Shown here piece by piece: positions 22,561-36,528 of a DNA stretch of 64,000 nucleotides; the stretch's first letter is position 1, and each line of letters opens with the position of its first letter. Origin of the DNA: Schizochytrium sp. TIO01. Taxonomy: Eukaryota > Protista > Bigyra: Labyrinthulomycetes. Location: the NCBI GenBank assembly GCA_004764695.1, contig SMSO01000014.1, positions 7,346,125-7,410,124 on the forward strand. The letters run 5' to 3'. The notes beneath the pieces were generated by a model. That model ran no database searches. It was given only the letters and a program-made list of their open reading frames with translations, and was not told the origin of the DNA. The translations under genes and the position numbers were made by a program.

Positions 22561-22600
<40 letters not shown>
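22561..22600 (+). repeat. Poly-A tract (40 nt)
   Basis: Read directly from the sequence. Confidence 0.95.
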
Positions 22601-22601
<1 letters not shown>

Positions 22602-22862
22602 ATAGGAAATTATCTTCAAATTCTTAAGGCATCACAAAGTACTGTCACCAATCAAAGGCTATTCCTGTTATTCGTTTGATTTGGGTGAAACTAAAGTCCG
22701 CAAATATAGCTAGCTATCATGAAAAGCATAGGCTAGCTTAGACTCTACAAAGGCATCTTGTGGTTCTTACTTATCAGCTGTTTATTCCCAATATGAAGAA
22801 TAGCCTGAAGTTTTTTTTAAATTAAAATAGAGAAAGTGCTCATGATTTTTGTCCAGGGTGAA

Positions 22863-23005
22863 CCGCGAGCGAACAGCCGACGAGCAGGGAGGGACAGGCG
22901 AGCAGACGACGAGCAGCGAGGAAGCGAGCGAGCAGACGAGCAAGAAAGCAAGCGAGCAGAGAGCAAGAGAGCATGCGAGCAGACGAACGTGTGAACTGGC
23001 GAGCG
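22863..23005. repeat. Purine-rich degenerate (GC)GAGCAG(AC) repeat tract
   Basis: Repeated gcgagcagac / cgagca motifs, almost no T on the + strand. Confidence 0.6.
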
Positions 23006-25851
23006 ATCTGAAGTGATTAAGCGTCTGGGCTAGTAGAGATTTGGTTTCTCAGCGAACGGGCTCGCGGGTGATTTCGTGGGCGGGCCCTCGTGGACGAACG
23101 ACAACTTTATTTAATTAGAAAAAAAGAGTAGGTACTAATATCTAGTAATACACAATTGGAAGACAAAGAATTATAGAAAGCAAAAAAAAAAATTCTTGTC
23201 AAAACAATATGATACTTAGACTAGATAGATTGGTGCTACTTCTACAGTATATGATAAAACAATTGTAGGTTTAACAAAATATCAAACAAAGCTCGAGAGA
23301 GGGAAAAGGGTGAGAAATCTGGAGCAGAGCTTTGACGGCAAGCCAAGCAAGTTTGCCTTGAAGTGTCTATGGATCGGCTATGATAATTGTAGCAGACGAT
23401 GCCTACCCGGAGTGCGAATGGACGCAACTACTTTTGTTCTTTTGTTAAAGACTGTTTATTGCTCCTCCCTGAAACTCAAGCAATTGGCGCGCTGTGCTAC
23501 TTTCGAATCACGTTCATCACTTTGAATTGAAATGGAAAAGGTCCTCCACTGGCTAACTGCTCTGCTACCATAGGCACCATAGGTAGATAGGTAATTTGTC
23601 ATAGTACACACCAACTTTTCAAGTACTAAAAACCACTAATTAGTGCTACTAGGGAAACCATTCAAACTCATTTTCTGATTTGGTTTCAGATCTGTTCGCG
23701 CTGCTAACACCTTTGTGGCAATGAGGGTAACGCGGTAGTACCTTCAAGCCTCCAAGCCGCAAGCACGTTCACGCTGAAGCAAACAATTTCAGTAAACTCC
23801 TCTCCCTATATTGTGATGCAAATACAACCTGTAGGCCGGCCACCTTGCTTATAAATACGCTCTCTGTTTCGTTTATTATTATTATTATTATTATTATACA
23901 CTACATCCATGACAGTATGAACAGAACAGCATTGTCAGCACGCTTTAAGAGACTAAAAAGGAAAGTTAAAAGGTAGAGAACAAAGTCATCCAGGAGCAGG
24001 AGTGCTACCAACCAGCAGAATATGTCCGAGAAACCAGGAGCTCTGCCTATGCTGCCGTTCACACGTGCGTAGCAGATCTCCAGCAGTCACGCGCGTGCAA
24101 AAGTATTATTAGTTAGTTTTTGAAAACAATTTCTTTTAAAATGCTAATTTTAATTTAATGATATCAACACTAAGAATAGGGATAATTAAAAAAGTAATTT
24201 ACAAAATAAAAATAAAATAAAATAAACAGATAAACCAGACATTTAAGTTGATAGAAGTTGAGTGTGCGCGCCTCATATTTGAAAGTAGAATGAATACTAG
24301 TAAAAATTGGGTTGTGGAGAGTGCGCATTTCTCTATACCCAGCCCCAATTTATTGTATGCACAGAACTTCGTAGTTACAGCATAACTTTAGTGCTACTCA
24401 TCGTTGCATTAACAATGTGCTACTCCAGTATTAGGTAGATATTAAAAGCAGGCACCCACCATCTCGAAGAACCTGTGTCACAAGACCCATCCCTCTCCAG
24501 TCATTCTTTTCCTTTTTTCTTCTTCTTCTTTGTACAATCCCATTTTATTTTTAACTTTTAATTAAATTAATTTAAAAGTAAAACAAGCTTTCTTTCTTTT
24601 CAACTTTGGTATAAATGTGTGGGACTGTAGATTAATTATGTTCCCATCTAAAACCTTCATTTAATTTAGCAAGACCACCTACAAAGTCTGTACAATTCCC
24701 TCCAAGGGACACAATTTTGAGGCAAACATATAGGGTCAGACCTTGATGCTTCCCAAGGTAGCGGTAGCCCTGTTATCATTCGTTCGTCCAAAATGCGAAA
24801 ACTAAGGGAAAAAATGGCATTTTTTGGGGGGGGGGAGGGCGTTATTCGAAGATTCTATTGACACTACGATAACACAAAATAGGCGGGTAACCTGTAGCAC
24901 ATCAATCTTATACATTCTTGAAAAAATCATGCGTAAGGAAGAAGGAGAGAAAGGAGGACCATTTAGACAAACAATAGTTCTGTCTTGGTGAATGAATCTT
25001 AAAAAGTATTGTCTTGATTGAATTTCACATTCAGGATCTAGAAAAGTTTACGCTCTATTTTGTTGTCGTCAAAAAGCGAATAGACTCTGATCTCTTCTGA
25101 GTATGTATAACTTATATATCTGTATTGTCATAGCTTAACTATACAGTTGGCTTGAAGAGAATATCAATACGCTTCATTTTAATAGTGGAAGAGAAGAATG
25201 CATTTCGTGCTACATTTTTAATATGAACAAAAACACAACGTCGTTATTGTAATACTGCTTTATTTACTCCACTAGTACCTAGTACTTTCCTGCGTAAATA
25301 TCGCAACAAAGTGGAGGTTTTTGCCTGCACGTGCTAGATAAAAAGAAGGAAACAAGCTATATAAACACTTTAAATGTCATATTATATATGTAAAAAAATA
25401 TTTACGCGACCTGGCACATCAAAAAATCAAAATTGATAAGAAGTGTACTAGTTGACTCGATAATGGCTCTTCGCCTTGCATGAGTAACTACGTACTCTCC
25501 TGCTGGCACTTATGGCATTTACTCTCAATATCTCTTGACCAATTAGTTGAAAAAGATGACTCCTAAAAAGACTTTCAAGCCGTTCAGCTAGAATCAACCT
25601 ACTCTTGCAATCCACATGTGACTGCTACAAATCATCGTCCCATGGTTGTATGATCGTATTTTTAAAAGGTTTCGAGTGCATACCTACCCTCTTTCTTCCT
25701 TGACTTACCATCTCCCTGGTGTCTTCCGGCAACACCTACATTCTCGTCCGGGCTCCTCCCAGAATCATTTTCCTCGGATGATCTCCTCATCCACAAAATT
25801 ACTTCCTAATAGTCAGTCTTTTAAACGTGCCACACTAGTTATTTGCTTTGC

Positions 25852-25933
25852 TTTGTTTTGTTGTTTTGTTTTGTTTTGTTTTGTTTTGTTTTGTTTTGTT
25901 TTATTTTGTTTTGTTTTGTTTTGTTTTGTTTTT
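25852..25933. repeat. (GTTTT)n microsatellite
   Basis: Read directly from the sequence. Confidence 0.95.
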
Positions 25934-26021
25934 CAAATTAAGCATTTTACTACTACTATTACTACTATTACTACTATCGCCACTACTAGTAGTAATGGTA
26001 GTAATAATAGTACTATTAACT

Positions 26022-26427
26022 CTAATACTAATACTAATACTAATACTAATACTAATACTAATACTAATACTAATACTAATACTAATACTAATACTAATAC
26101 TAATACTAATACTAATACTAATACTAATACTAATACTAATACTAATACTAATACTAATACTAATACTAATACTAATACTAATACTAATACTAATACTAAT
26201 ACTAATACTAATACTAATACTAATACTAATACTAATACTAATACTAATACTAATACTAATACTAATACTAATACTAATACTAATACTAATACTAATACTA
26301 ATACTAATACTAATACTAATACTAATACTAATACTAATACTAATACTAATACTAATACTAATACTAATACTAATACTAATACTAATACTAATACTAATAC
26401 TAATACTAATACTAATACTAATACTAA
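26022..26427. repeat. (TAATAC)n perfect microsatellite, ~400 bp
   Basis: Read directly from the sequence; it explains the NT/IL/IS ORFs in the track. Confidence 0.98.
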
Positions 26428-29400
26428 CCGTGATAGGTACTAATAAATCTTTTACCAATACGTAGTCTTTACTAAGTTAAAGAATCGCCTTTGTCTAGTG
26501 AGAGTGATAATAATACCTTTCTAAATCCTATGTAGAATATGATGAGCACAACTAGGTTTGTACTAGAAATTAGTTGCACGCAAAGAGCAATGTTATTACC
26601 ACGGTGATAATAAATTCAAATGAAAGTTCACAATAGCTGATGTGTACTTCAAATAAACTCGAAACCTAGCAAGCAAAAGTAACGAAGCTCAACAGCACAA
26701 CAGTTTAAAGGAATTATCGAAAAGAAAAAGCAACAAAACCCTCATTTAGTATCTAGATTAGGATTGTGCATGGCAAATATAATTGCATCAGGCTATCAAT
26801 CTCTCTCTCTCTATATATATATATATACATGGATTAGAGAAATAAATTCCAGCATTAAAATTGAATAAATTCCATTTTATTTTTACGATTTGTTGGATGG
26901 AATGTGAAATGTACTCTTGTAGCACCCTGCGCCAGCTCGTCCTGGTACTAGTTACTTAGGTTGCTTTTTTGCAAATGTTAACTGTATTAATATGCTAAAA
27001 CGAGATATAGAAGCTATATATCCCAGCGCATCGTTTCTCAGCCAGTTTATTCATGAAACATTGCTGACAATCTCAAGCAAGAAAAGTACTATAAATGTTC
27101 ATATTATGATCTCCCGCAAATTTCATATTATGTACCAGCGAATGATGTTGCACTCATCAAAATAGTACTACTGCAAATATTTGATTTCCAACATGCTAAT
27201 CAATAGTTTTTCTACCCAGGTAGTAGCTCCCTTTTGTTGTTGCTGAAAAGCGTGCTTACAAATCAAGGATCTGATATATTTTGGGGGATGTATCTTGAAA
27301 ATCATGTATGCCCAATTAAAACCCCGCCTACGGAGAAAATCAAGAAGTAAGTCTTGACACGTAGGGACAAAGACAAGTTAGCAAGAAAGTGAGGACTTGT
27401 CTTCCCTCTCAAGTATTGACTCGAAAATACAGCATTATGAAATTCAAGCATTTCACCAAGTACAGCTACTCCTTTCCTTCCTTAGTGTCCCCTCGATTTA
27501 GTCCATGCACGTGAGTAACATAATCGCCCAAAATATACTACTAATATTCTTCTAATAACTGACCTGGCTTCTCGCTGTTTTTATTCTGGTAGTGTTCCTG
27601 CCTACACCAACTACTTTCAAGATGATGTTAGTACACCTCTCTCTGGAATCAGCCTCCTTGCCGGTCCGCGCTAATCAAGACCTAGTACTGTACCTACACT
27701 TACAGTTGCATGCTGGCCACACTCTGCTACCAGAGGGTGATAACTAAGGAGATCTTTTCCGAGCGGTGCGAGCGGTGCGAGCGGGACACGGACGGATACG
27801 AGCAAGCCGAATATGCAAACAATTGTTGAGGTTGCGACAATGGTGTGGACATAAATACAGCCCAAGCCTGCAAGGAGCCTTTTCTGCTCGCGAGGCTGGC
27901 AATTAGCCGCGGAGCTGATCTCTAAATGTGCTACTAATATCGCTCTTAGCGCCTGCAGTAGAATTACTAGTGACGCCCATCCAGCATTAAGTTCAGTAAA
28001 CGAAAAGCCACGAGCAGGTGTAGATCTTTTTCCTTTTTCTTTCTTAAACTTTATTCCCTTTTGTTTCCTTCTCTTTTTTACCATTCCAGAAAACATCTAA
28101 CTTGTAGCAGCTTCCACGGCAACTTGGAAGAAAAATAACTCTAATAGGATTAGTCAGATACCTTTTAACAAACTAAATTGCCAGGGAGACTCACTAAGTG
28201 TGCGAAACAACTACCAAGATTTTAAAACTTTCTTCCTGTTTACGGGACTGCCATTTTTATCCCTACAAGTTCTATGTAGAGTGTAGAAAGCAATCTTTTT
28301 AGGAAGGAGTAAAAGCGCTCGCGACTAACGCAGCAGCACAACTATCACCAGGGATTTTACTAGTGTTGCTTTCACTTCCCTTACTGTCGCTACTGATCAT
28401 TTTCTTAAACTTTTATGTCCGAGAAAATCGTGCTCTTCACTTGGCTAGCTAGAATTGCGAGACATTGAAGTTCTTACCAACACATAACCGGTGTTTGGTA
28501 TAAGTGCTACGCTATAGTAATTAGAAAGTAGAAAACCTACTTTTTTTAATAGTTCTATTTACCATGGTACTAGTACCAGTACCCACTTTTTTGTCTGATG
28601 ATAATTTTTCAAAATGATTTTTCTAAAATATATAATTAAACTTTAAAAAATTGATTTTATAAATAAAAATCGAAGTTCTTCCATGTACTTTACGGCATAG
28701 TAGGTAGGTAGGTACGCTACCCTATCCTACCTAATGCTCACTATTAGGTACTAGTAGCAGAATTTACTAATAACGTCAACAGTAGTACCAGGTAGAGCAG
28801 TTAGTAGCAGCTTCTATAAAGCTGGGCGCACGCAGAACCCAGCCCAGCTCTATTAATTTAATCCGATTCCATCTCCTTTATTCCCTTGGCCTAGTACGAC
28901 TCTTGAGACCCCATCCAAGCTGGTGACTTACGGTTGTTGAGACATTCAAACTGCACAGAATATTCCGTACGTTGCAACCTCTTAGGTAGTTCTACTTCTC
29001 TTTGCTCTTGACGACCTACCGTGCTATTAGGAGGACACTAGACAAGTGCTGCAAACATGCATTTTTCTGAGTCTTTGCCAACTTGGACGCATAGTTAATT
29101 TGAAAATACCTTGTGATTTATATAGTTTACACATACTACCAATCATAACATTTTGGATCTGCGGTGCTACAGCCGCAAATAAAGGGGCAAAGCCGCAAAG
29201 AAGAATATGTGTATTGTACAAATTTTAGGAATTTGAACAAGACGAGTGGAGAGTATATCATTTCCAAGTAACAAATTCCCCCAAAACCTTCTTTGTTCAA
29301 GTCCTGACTTCCGGGCTTCAAACATCATCAAGCACTACTTATCCGGGTGATATTGCCCTGGATCGCTGTCACCCCTTTGCATTAGCTATAAAAATGGTGA

Positions 29401-32400
29401 AATGATCCCTTGTTTTGTGCACGAGTTGCCGAAACCATCATGTGTAAAAGGTACCGTGCGTTATGCATGTAATTACCCACATGATACTAAAATTTTACAG
29501 CCAAAGCTGCTTTGCTTCAATCACAAGAGAAGTGCTAGTTACTAATACTTACTCTGAGTCGTTTCATTTTAACACAGCAAAGAAATTGTTCTTACACCAT
29601 CTACCTAGGGAGCGATAAGAAGTAGGAGCATTAAAACCTTACGACTCCATTCCTTGAGAGTTTGGAATTGGGAGTTGTAGGTAGGAGTTGGGAATAGTAC
29701 GCTGATTTCCGGAAGATTTACATACTGTGGTCTCTACTATGAAAGGTTGAGGGGCGTTCTTCTGCTCTAGTAAAAGCACCATCCCAAGTGGCTATGGCTA
29801 GTTAGAGTATTTATATACGGTATCTAAGATTACTCACGGTCTAAATAGTACTTCTTAACTTGGTTCATTAAATATCAATCCAGCTGTTTGTCTTAACCAC
29901 TTTTTCGATAGTGAAAGTGCCCTTAATTTCACTTCCTTTTCTGATCAGCTTATCTTTGTCGATCCTGACAATAATTTCCAGGACCCCGTTTCGTTTTCCC
30001 TTTTACTCTCGTTTCGCAGTCCATTAGTTTTACTCTTGCTCATATTGGCTTGGTTATAGTAGGGGGCTACACAAGTGACATCAATAGGAGTAGCAATAAA
30101 TTTCTTCACTCAAACACCTACATATTCAGAAACTCTGCTCTAAAAATTGCTAGGACCAAGCATTGGTCAAATCGTGCGCCGTGTTTTGTCCTTTCTGTTG
30201 CACGTGCGAAGTCAGCTTTATATCTCAACTGAATTACTAACTCTCTAGCCTCTTCTCTGCAATTCGTCCCTTGCCGCCTTTTAATCCTGCCCTTTTTCTT
30301 ACACATTGCACGTTTGCTAATTTCAGTATGAAAGTCATTTAGGATTTCAATTCTACCAAGGTGATTTTTTTGTTCTTCGACGTATCTATCTACCTACCTC
30401 TGTAGGATGTATGGGGCAGTTTTTTCTTTTCTTTTTTTCTTTTTTCCAAATTATTGAAATTGTTAGTGGTATTTATTTACAAAGGAATAGTTGCACCCCT
30501 GGCCCTATATACGAATAATAATACATTTAACTTCAGCATTGTCCACATATTTGCTTTGCTTTACCTCACCCTCGTTGAATACTTCTTGCTCAATAGTCTC
30601 GATATTTCGTCCAGTCTAAGTTTACATTTCTTTGTGAAGGAGACTCTCATGAGCTGATTTCAAGGCTACTACTTACCGATAATCAATTCCACTTGCAACT
30701 TTACATAGCACTAAAATAAATGCTCACTATAGATCGCCCGATGAATTAAGCCACATTCATGGCGGTCCCAGCACATTCAATTAGGCGTGGTCGTAGAACT
30801 ATGCAGCTAATTGAGTCCATGTACCATAATCAAACTAATTACCTCTACTAGGCGATCGATATCGTTCAAGCTTCTATCCGCCAGAATACTAATAGATAAT
30901 CTCTCATGTTCTTACGAACTGCTCCTAAAACAAAACTCCTAGCTGGAAGACTAACAGGTAATTCACGACAGCCAACTTAGGCTTTCTGATTCGCAACAAC
31001 ACCGATCCTCAAAACGCCAACAATTCTAGTGGCCACTGGCCGCGGACCATCCGTCTGGGTGCTCTTTCAAAAGGTTGTGTGTCTAGTTGACACTTTCTCA
31101 AGACGCTTACTACTAGATAGCTTACCTACCTACATACTACTTATAGTCAATTTTTATTTATTTTTTTGTTTTTTTAATAATTTACCGAAAATGCAGGCAA
31201 AAAGAGTAGAAAGGTAGATGGAAAGAGCCCAATGCTTCTGCATAGTCAGAGGCTACTCCTTTTAGTCAATCCTTTTTCCTTGGATAAAAACAAAAGCCAA
31301 AGTATATCACTTAGTACATCTTAAACAGTACCCAGAATCCTCTTGGTCAATAGGAATAGCCCTAAGTGAGAGTGGTATTTTAATGTCAATATATATACAT
31401 TTATTTATTTGTTAATTGCTTTTCAAGGAATATATATATCAAGATGTGGACGCTAATCAATACCAGGTAACACAACACTAAAGCAGCCCATAATTTCAAA
31501 TGTAGACCAAGAGCAGAAGAACTCGAATTGTTTATTTTTATCCACAGCGTAACCCATTTTACTTTTCTATAAGTTTCGGGACGTTCCTATAAAATTTCGA
31601 CAAACGAGTTTTTCAAAACATCTCAGGAAGAAAGAAAGCATTAACGGGGCTTCAATCTACATGGTCTCTTTTTAAGCTAGCTGCATTTATAAAGTTGACC
31701 TGTCAAATTTTATAATCGAAATTGTACGTATGTGTTGTACCATCAATACCATTGATTTATATCCACACTCTCACTAGTTAGAGTTGATAAGTCCAAATCT
31801 TTCAGCTTGGGTAAGACCCCAAGCCAAGACAGTCGTTCAATACTGTTAAATCTCATAATGTATGTACAAGAAAAGACTTAAAAGCCGCCGTTGTTATTAT
31901 ATTATTTGATAACTCTACTTTTCTTTTTATTGAATACACAGTTGTTTAACCCAGATGTAATTCAAGATTCACGTGCGAAGAATAACATCGGTCCAGCAAC
32001 GAGCTGGTTAAAAATGGAGAAAAATGGAGAAATACACACAAACGTTTGGGATAAGAAGATTCTGCTGTATAAAATACACTAAAGGCTTTTGCTTTCATAC
32101 CGTCTCAGCCTGTTATATTATTGCGTTAAGTCTTCAAGCATGACCTAGACCTTGATTGAATAAGAACAATAAACAATCACACTCAAGTTTCAAAACACCA
32201 TAGCATCTGGCTGCTCTCTCTTTTGAAATGAACAGCCCTGTCTCCTCAACTTTGAATGTTTTGATTATTCGTTTCACTACTAGGTTACCTCTTCAAGCAA
32301 CTGTTACTCATAGAAGTGGTGAACAGTAATTTTACAAAGAGTAGATAGCACTCTCGCTAGTCAGAAGTAATAATTTAAAATCTTTCAGCTTGCAAAGCTC

Positions 32401-33668
32401 AGAACATTACGAGTAGGAGGCAGCATCAGTATCCACTAAGCGGGTGCCATGGAAGGGGAAATTATACCTAAAAAGATAACTTTTAAATTATAAAAAATAA
32501 TAACTCACTCTCGCAGAGTGATGCCTAATTAGCTCTTTCCCTTCCTTATTGTTATTTAAAATATAATGATATGAAAGACTTTCAGGTAGTGCTATAGACG
32601 ATGATATTATAGACAACCTTCTTCTTTCCTCACAAACACTCTCTGCTCTGTATTTATTTCTCTCTTCCAAATTCCTCAAGTTCTTTGTTTGTTTCTTCTT
32701 TTAAGTGCTAAGCCTATTACCCTCTTAGTGTGTACCTAGTGATCCCTAAAGAACCTCTTACACAACCAATCGTACTGGTCACTATCAAAGGAAAACACTC
32801 CATGGGACGGTGTGTGAAGTGATGATAGTTATTATCCAAGAAAAGAATCGAAGTTGCCTGTTCATGAAAGTTGTCCATTGTAGTTACCTAGGAGCTAAAT
32901 TTATTGAGCGAGCAATTGGCTGAGAAAACTAAAAGAAGAATCCCTTGCACGGTGCGAGCAGCCAAGGCAAGCACATACGAGCGAGGGTGAGCCCGAGACC
33001 CTGTCTCATACGTCGCTTGGTCTAATACTTTCTTTACCACGGCGCATTAGTATTAGTGCATAATATAGGCCTAATTTGACTTGACTTCTCATCCTAGTTA
33101 ATGAGTAGCTACAGCACACTATACGCTATGATTGATATGATTTGACTTTCCCCCCAAGTTAAAGGATTGAGAGTAGCTTCAGTCTGCCAAAGGGCTCGTA
33201 ATACTGAGAAACGGATCCCTGAAAGGAACGTCCAATCCTGGAATTCAAATCATGGAATGATTTACGGATTGATTGTCTCGATGAAAGCTCTAAGATTCTT
33301 TTTTTGAGGTGATGTAATAACCTTGCTATTTTTCTTTTGAGAGTGTCCAATTCGATGTAACCTAGGGACCTTGTCCCTGTACACTATAAGATTTTGCTTT
33401 TGCTTGTACTTGATTCTTTCCTCCAGTGCTTTCTTTCTACTTTAGTTCTGAGGCCAGATGCTCTCACTGTTATGAGTTCTAACAATTCCTATACTTGGTC
33501 AAAAACTCAAAGCATTCTTCATATGTTTATGACCCAATGAGGATTGTATATCCTGGTAAAATAATACTGGAGGAGTTAGAAAATTAGAGTTCAAGACTTC
33601 ACTGCAAGGCTAATACTACAAACCAGAGTCCCACCTATCGTCTCTTTTTCAAGATATTTGTTTGTTTG

Positions 33669-33875
33669 TATTGCAGAGTAGCCTGAGCTGTGAAGCGTGG
33701 AGAGGTAGTCTGATAAGGATGACGAACTCAGGAGAAAGAGAAAGAGGATGATATATGAGTTATCGGGGTTTCAGGTCTGCATACAGGTAGAGATGAATGC
33801 ATGATGTCAGTCCAACGGACAGGAGATTAGGTTAGGTTAGGTTAGGTTAGACAGTAGCTGTATATTACTTCAATA
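33669..33875 (+). mobile_element. Solo-LTR-like repeat (family A), copy 4, inserted in a (GTTT)n tract
   Basis: TATTGCAGAGTAGC...(TTAGG)n...TTACTTCAATA flanked by GTTTG on both sides. Confidence 0.85.
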
Positions 33876-34015
33876 GTTTGTTTGTTTGTTTGTTTGTTTG
33901 TTTGTTTGTTTGTTTGTTTGTTTGTTTGTTTGTTTGTTTGTTTGTTTGTTTGTTTGTTTGTTTGTTTGTTTGTTTGTTTGTTTGTTTGTTTGTTTGTTTG
34001 TTTGTTTGTTTGTTT
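33876..34015. repeat. (GTTT)n microsatellite
   Basis: Read directly from the sequence. Confidence 0.98.
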
Positions 34016-35034
34016 ATATCTAGTATTAATATTTTGCAATTAACTTTTCATTCTAAAATGTGCGTCGTTATTTTGGTAACTTTGAAGTATTCCTGTATTT
34101 TGGAGTGACAAACAAGAGGACTGATTCGACTCTTGAGAGTGCCTACAATTCCTTTCTCTGATCTCAGGATATCACGACACAGAAGTAAAACTTCCATTCC
34201 CAACGACTCATCTATGCACTTCCTTTCATGTTGGGAGGGGGGAAATGGAGTATTCATTATGATTGAAAAAAAAAAACTGAAGTCTAGCCTTGAGCATTAA
34301 ATAGAACAAGACCAAAACTATCTGATAGGGCATGACGAATTGTTAGGCGCCTGTTAGCACACCCAAAGAAGGAGGGATCTATTTCCCCTTCAGATTCTAA
34401 TTAAGGCTCAGGTTCAACAAAGGGCACTGGTTGGCTTTAATGCTGGTAATGAACTTATTGCATGGTAAGTATGCTCGCAGAAACACAACTCTTATAACTT
34501 GCCAGAGAAAAACCTATTTTATGTACGATCGTCAGCACGGACTCTTAATTATTGCTAAGCAGAGAATTATTTTGCATTCTTGACAAAGTTTAATATATTC
34601 ATGCACTTCTGCCTGAATTTCCACTATTAAAAAGAGTCAGAAAAATCTACCTCCTCCAGAGATTTGGTACATAAATGAATTTCTCCCGCTTGAATGATTT
34701 GTAAATCGCATATCATGTAGGGCTTCCTTTAAGCTCTTGTTGTATGTGATGAAGGTGTCTTCTGTAAAAAATATCTTCGTCATCCTTGTTCATTGCTTGA
34801 ATTTTTCTCACAGTGATCCGAGACCCAAACAAGGCGAGAATTGCATCGATAAAGTATACGGTCATGTATTGGCGCTAAAGAGCCGAATAGCCGTCCATTT
34901 CTAGTACATTGCATTGGCTCAGCCCCTGTGTACTGAAAACCTATCCCTGGTCAGCCAAACATTGACTAGAAAGATGAATGCAAGACACCTGGAATACATG
35001 ATGAGACTAAGAACGCATTGTATACTTAGGCCAA

Positions 35035-35450
35035 TTGCTGAAAGATTATTCTGGGCAGCTTGAGGTTGACTGTAGAGATGAAATCAAGGGTCTTGATGAA
35101 GGCTTTAAGAAGGTTGACTCAAGAGTTAGCGAGCTGCTGTCCTGGAGAATGAATTTCAGGACCGATGTATTCATGTAGTAATTAAGGAGGATAGGACATT
35201 CTTGAAAGGTGTTAGAGATAATCGATGGGTTAGATTAATTCAACCTCTACAACCATCGATTCATGTTACACCATGCTTGGACGTGGGAAATGTGTATTCA
35301 CACTTCTGGTTCTTGACTCCGGCAGTCACATGAATCTGACGACCTACTCTTGCTCTATTATAAGCCCTATGTCTACAAGGGTTTCATAAAGGGACGCCAA
35401 GAACTCTAGCAATGTCTTGTCCACTAGTCCCTTCGATTGGAGACCTCAGC
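35035..35450 (+). pseudogene. Degenerate coding repeat family B, copy c
   Basis: LLKDYSGQLEVDCRDEIKGLDEGF..VSELLS(frameshift)ENEFQDRCIHVVIK; homologous to copies a, b and d. Confidence 0.6.
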
Positions 35451-35588
35451 TCTAATAGAGGTAGTGTGGAGGTAGTTCTATCCTGACCTTGAAGATAAAC
35501 ATAAACACCGGCGTGGTCTGACATATTCTGATTCGGAGACTAATGCAAACTCAACCTGTTTTACACAGAACTTAAATGGTTAGGTTAA

Positions 35589-35726
35589 TATTGAAGTATT
35601 GAAGTAATATACGGTTTTGCCTAAGCTCACCTCACCTCACCTAGCTCTCCTATCCGACACCTCCTGTGTATTGGACTGACGTAATACATTCATCCCTGCC
35701 TGTATCCAGACCCGAAACCCCAATAA
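35589..35726 (-). mobile_element. Partial family-A LTR-like copy
   Basis: TATTGAAGTAATATAC...TACATTCATCCCTGCCTGTATCCAGACCCGAAACCCCAATAAC matches the reverse complement of copy 1. Confidence 0.8.
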
Positions 35727-35760
35727 CATGATACAGGCATAATGAATGTATCATGTCGGA

Positions 35761-36160
35761 CTGCTGAAGGATGAATCTGATCAGCTAGAGGTTGACTATG
35801 AAGATGAAGGCAAAAGACTAGATAAGGGCTTTACAGATACTTTAGAAGCCATGACATTCTGGGGATTATGAGTTAGAGATCTTCTGTCCTTGGACAGACT
35901 GATTTTTGTTATAGTTAGGAGACTCAAACATACTTGAACTGTGTTAGACATAATTGACGAGGTTAGGTTTACTTGTCTCTTTAACAATTAATTGAAGTTC
36001 CACCATTGGTTCTAGGAAAAGTGCATCCACATTTCTGGTTCTTGACTTCTTAGTCTGGTTGTTTAGTTCTATTCTATTGTAAAATGTTCATGGGTTCATG
36101 CCTAGAACTCCAGCAATGTCTTATCATCAACTGCTTCCTTCGATTAGAGATCTGAGCACG
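35761..36160 (+). pseudogene. Degenerate coding repeat family B, copy d, lying between two fragments of a family-A LTR
   Basis: LLKDESDQLEVDYEDEGKRLDKGF..VRDLLS..RLIFVIVRR. LTR-like fragments at ~35731-35761 and ~36171-36195, each containing TGTCGGAC. Confidence 0.55.
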
Positions 36161-36439
36161 GATTAAAGAGTGTCGGACAGGAGCTGGGTTAGGTGATGTG
36201 ACGTGACGTGACGTGCGGTAATACCCTATCTATTTCCTCAATAGTACACTAAGATAATACACTGTAACTCCTGAGTTCCCTTGGGCTCACCTTTTGTATC
36301 TGATAAACAAAGTCTGATCGTGTATCACTCCTAATTAATAGTTTAGATCACAATATTATACCAAGGTACTGCAAAGGGATACAGATGCATCTTTACGACA
36401 GGACTTTGCAAGGTTAAAAGGCGTACCTATTTGACACCA

Positions 36440-36528
36440 CCTAACCTAACCTAACCAAACTCTCCTGTCCGACACATTGTATCGGACTGACATGATACAT
36501 TCATCCCTGCCTGTATCCAGACCCGAAA
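36440..36528 (-). mobile_element. Partial family-A LTR-like copy
   Basis: CCTAACCTAACCTAACCAAACTCTCCTGTCCGACA...CATTCATCCCTGCCTGTATCCAGACCCGAAA. Confidence 0.8.

Noticed and set aside
25646-26465. ORFs of 185-265 aa with NT/IL/IS repeats
   Set aside because: Artefacts of the (GTTTT)n and (TAATAC)n microsatellites.
33827-33850. TTAGG runs as a true telomere or telomere-healing site
   Set aside because: Only about 3-5 units and always internal to the family-A repeat.
33842-34108. TNKQ / FVCL repeat ORFs
   Set aside because: Translations of the (GTTT)n microsatellite.
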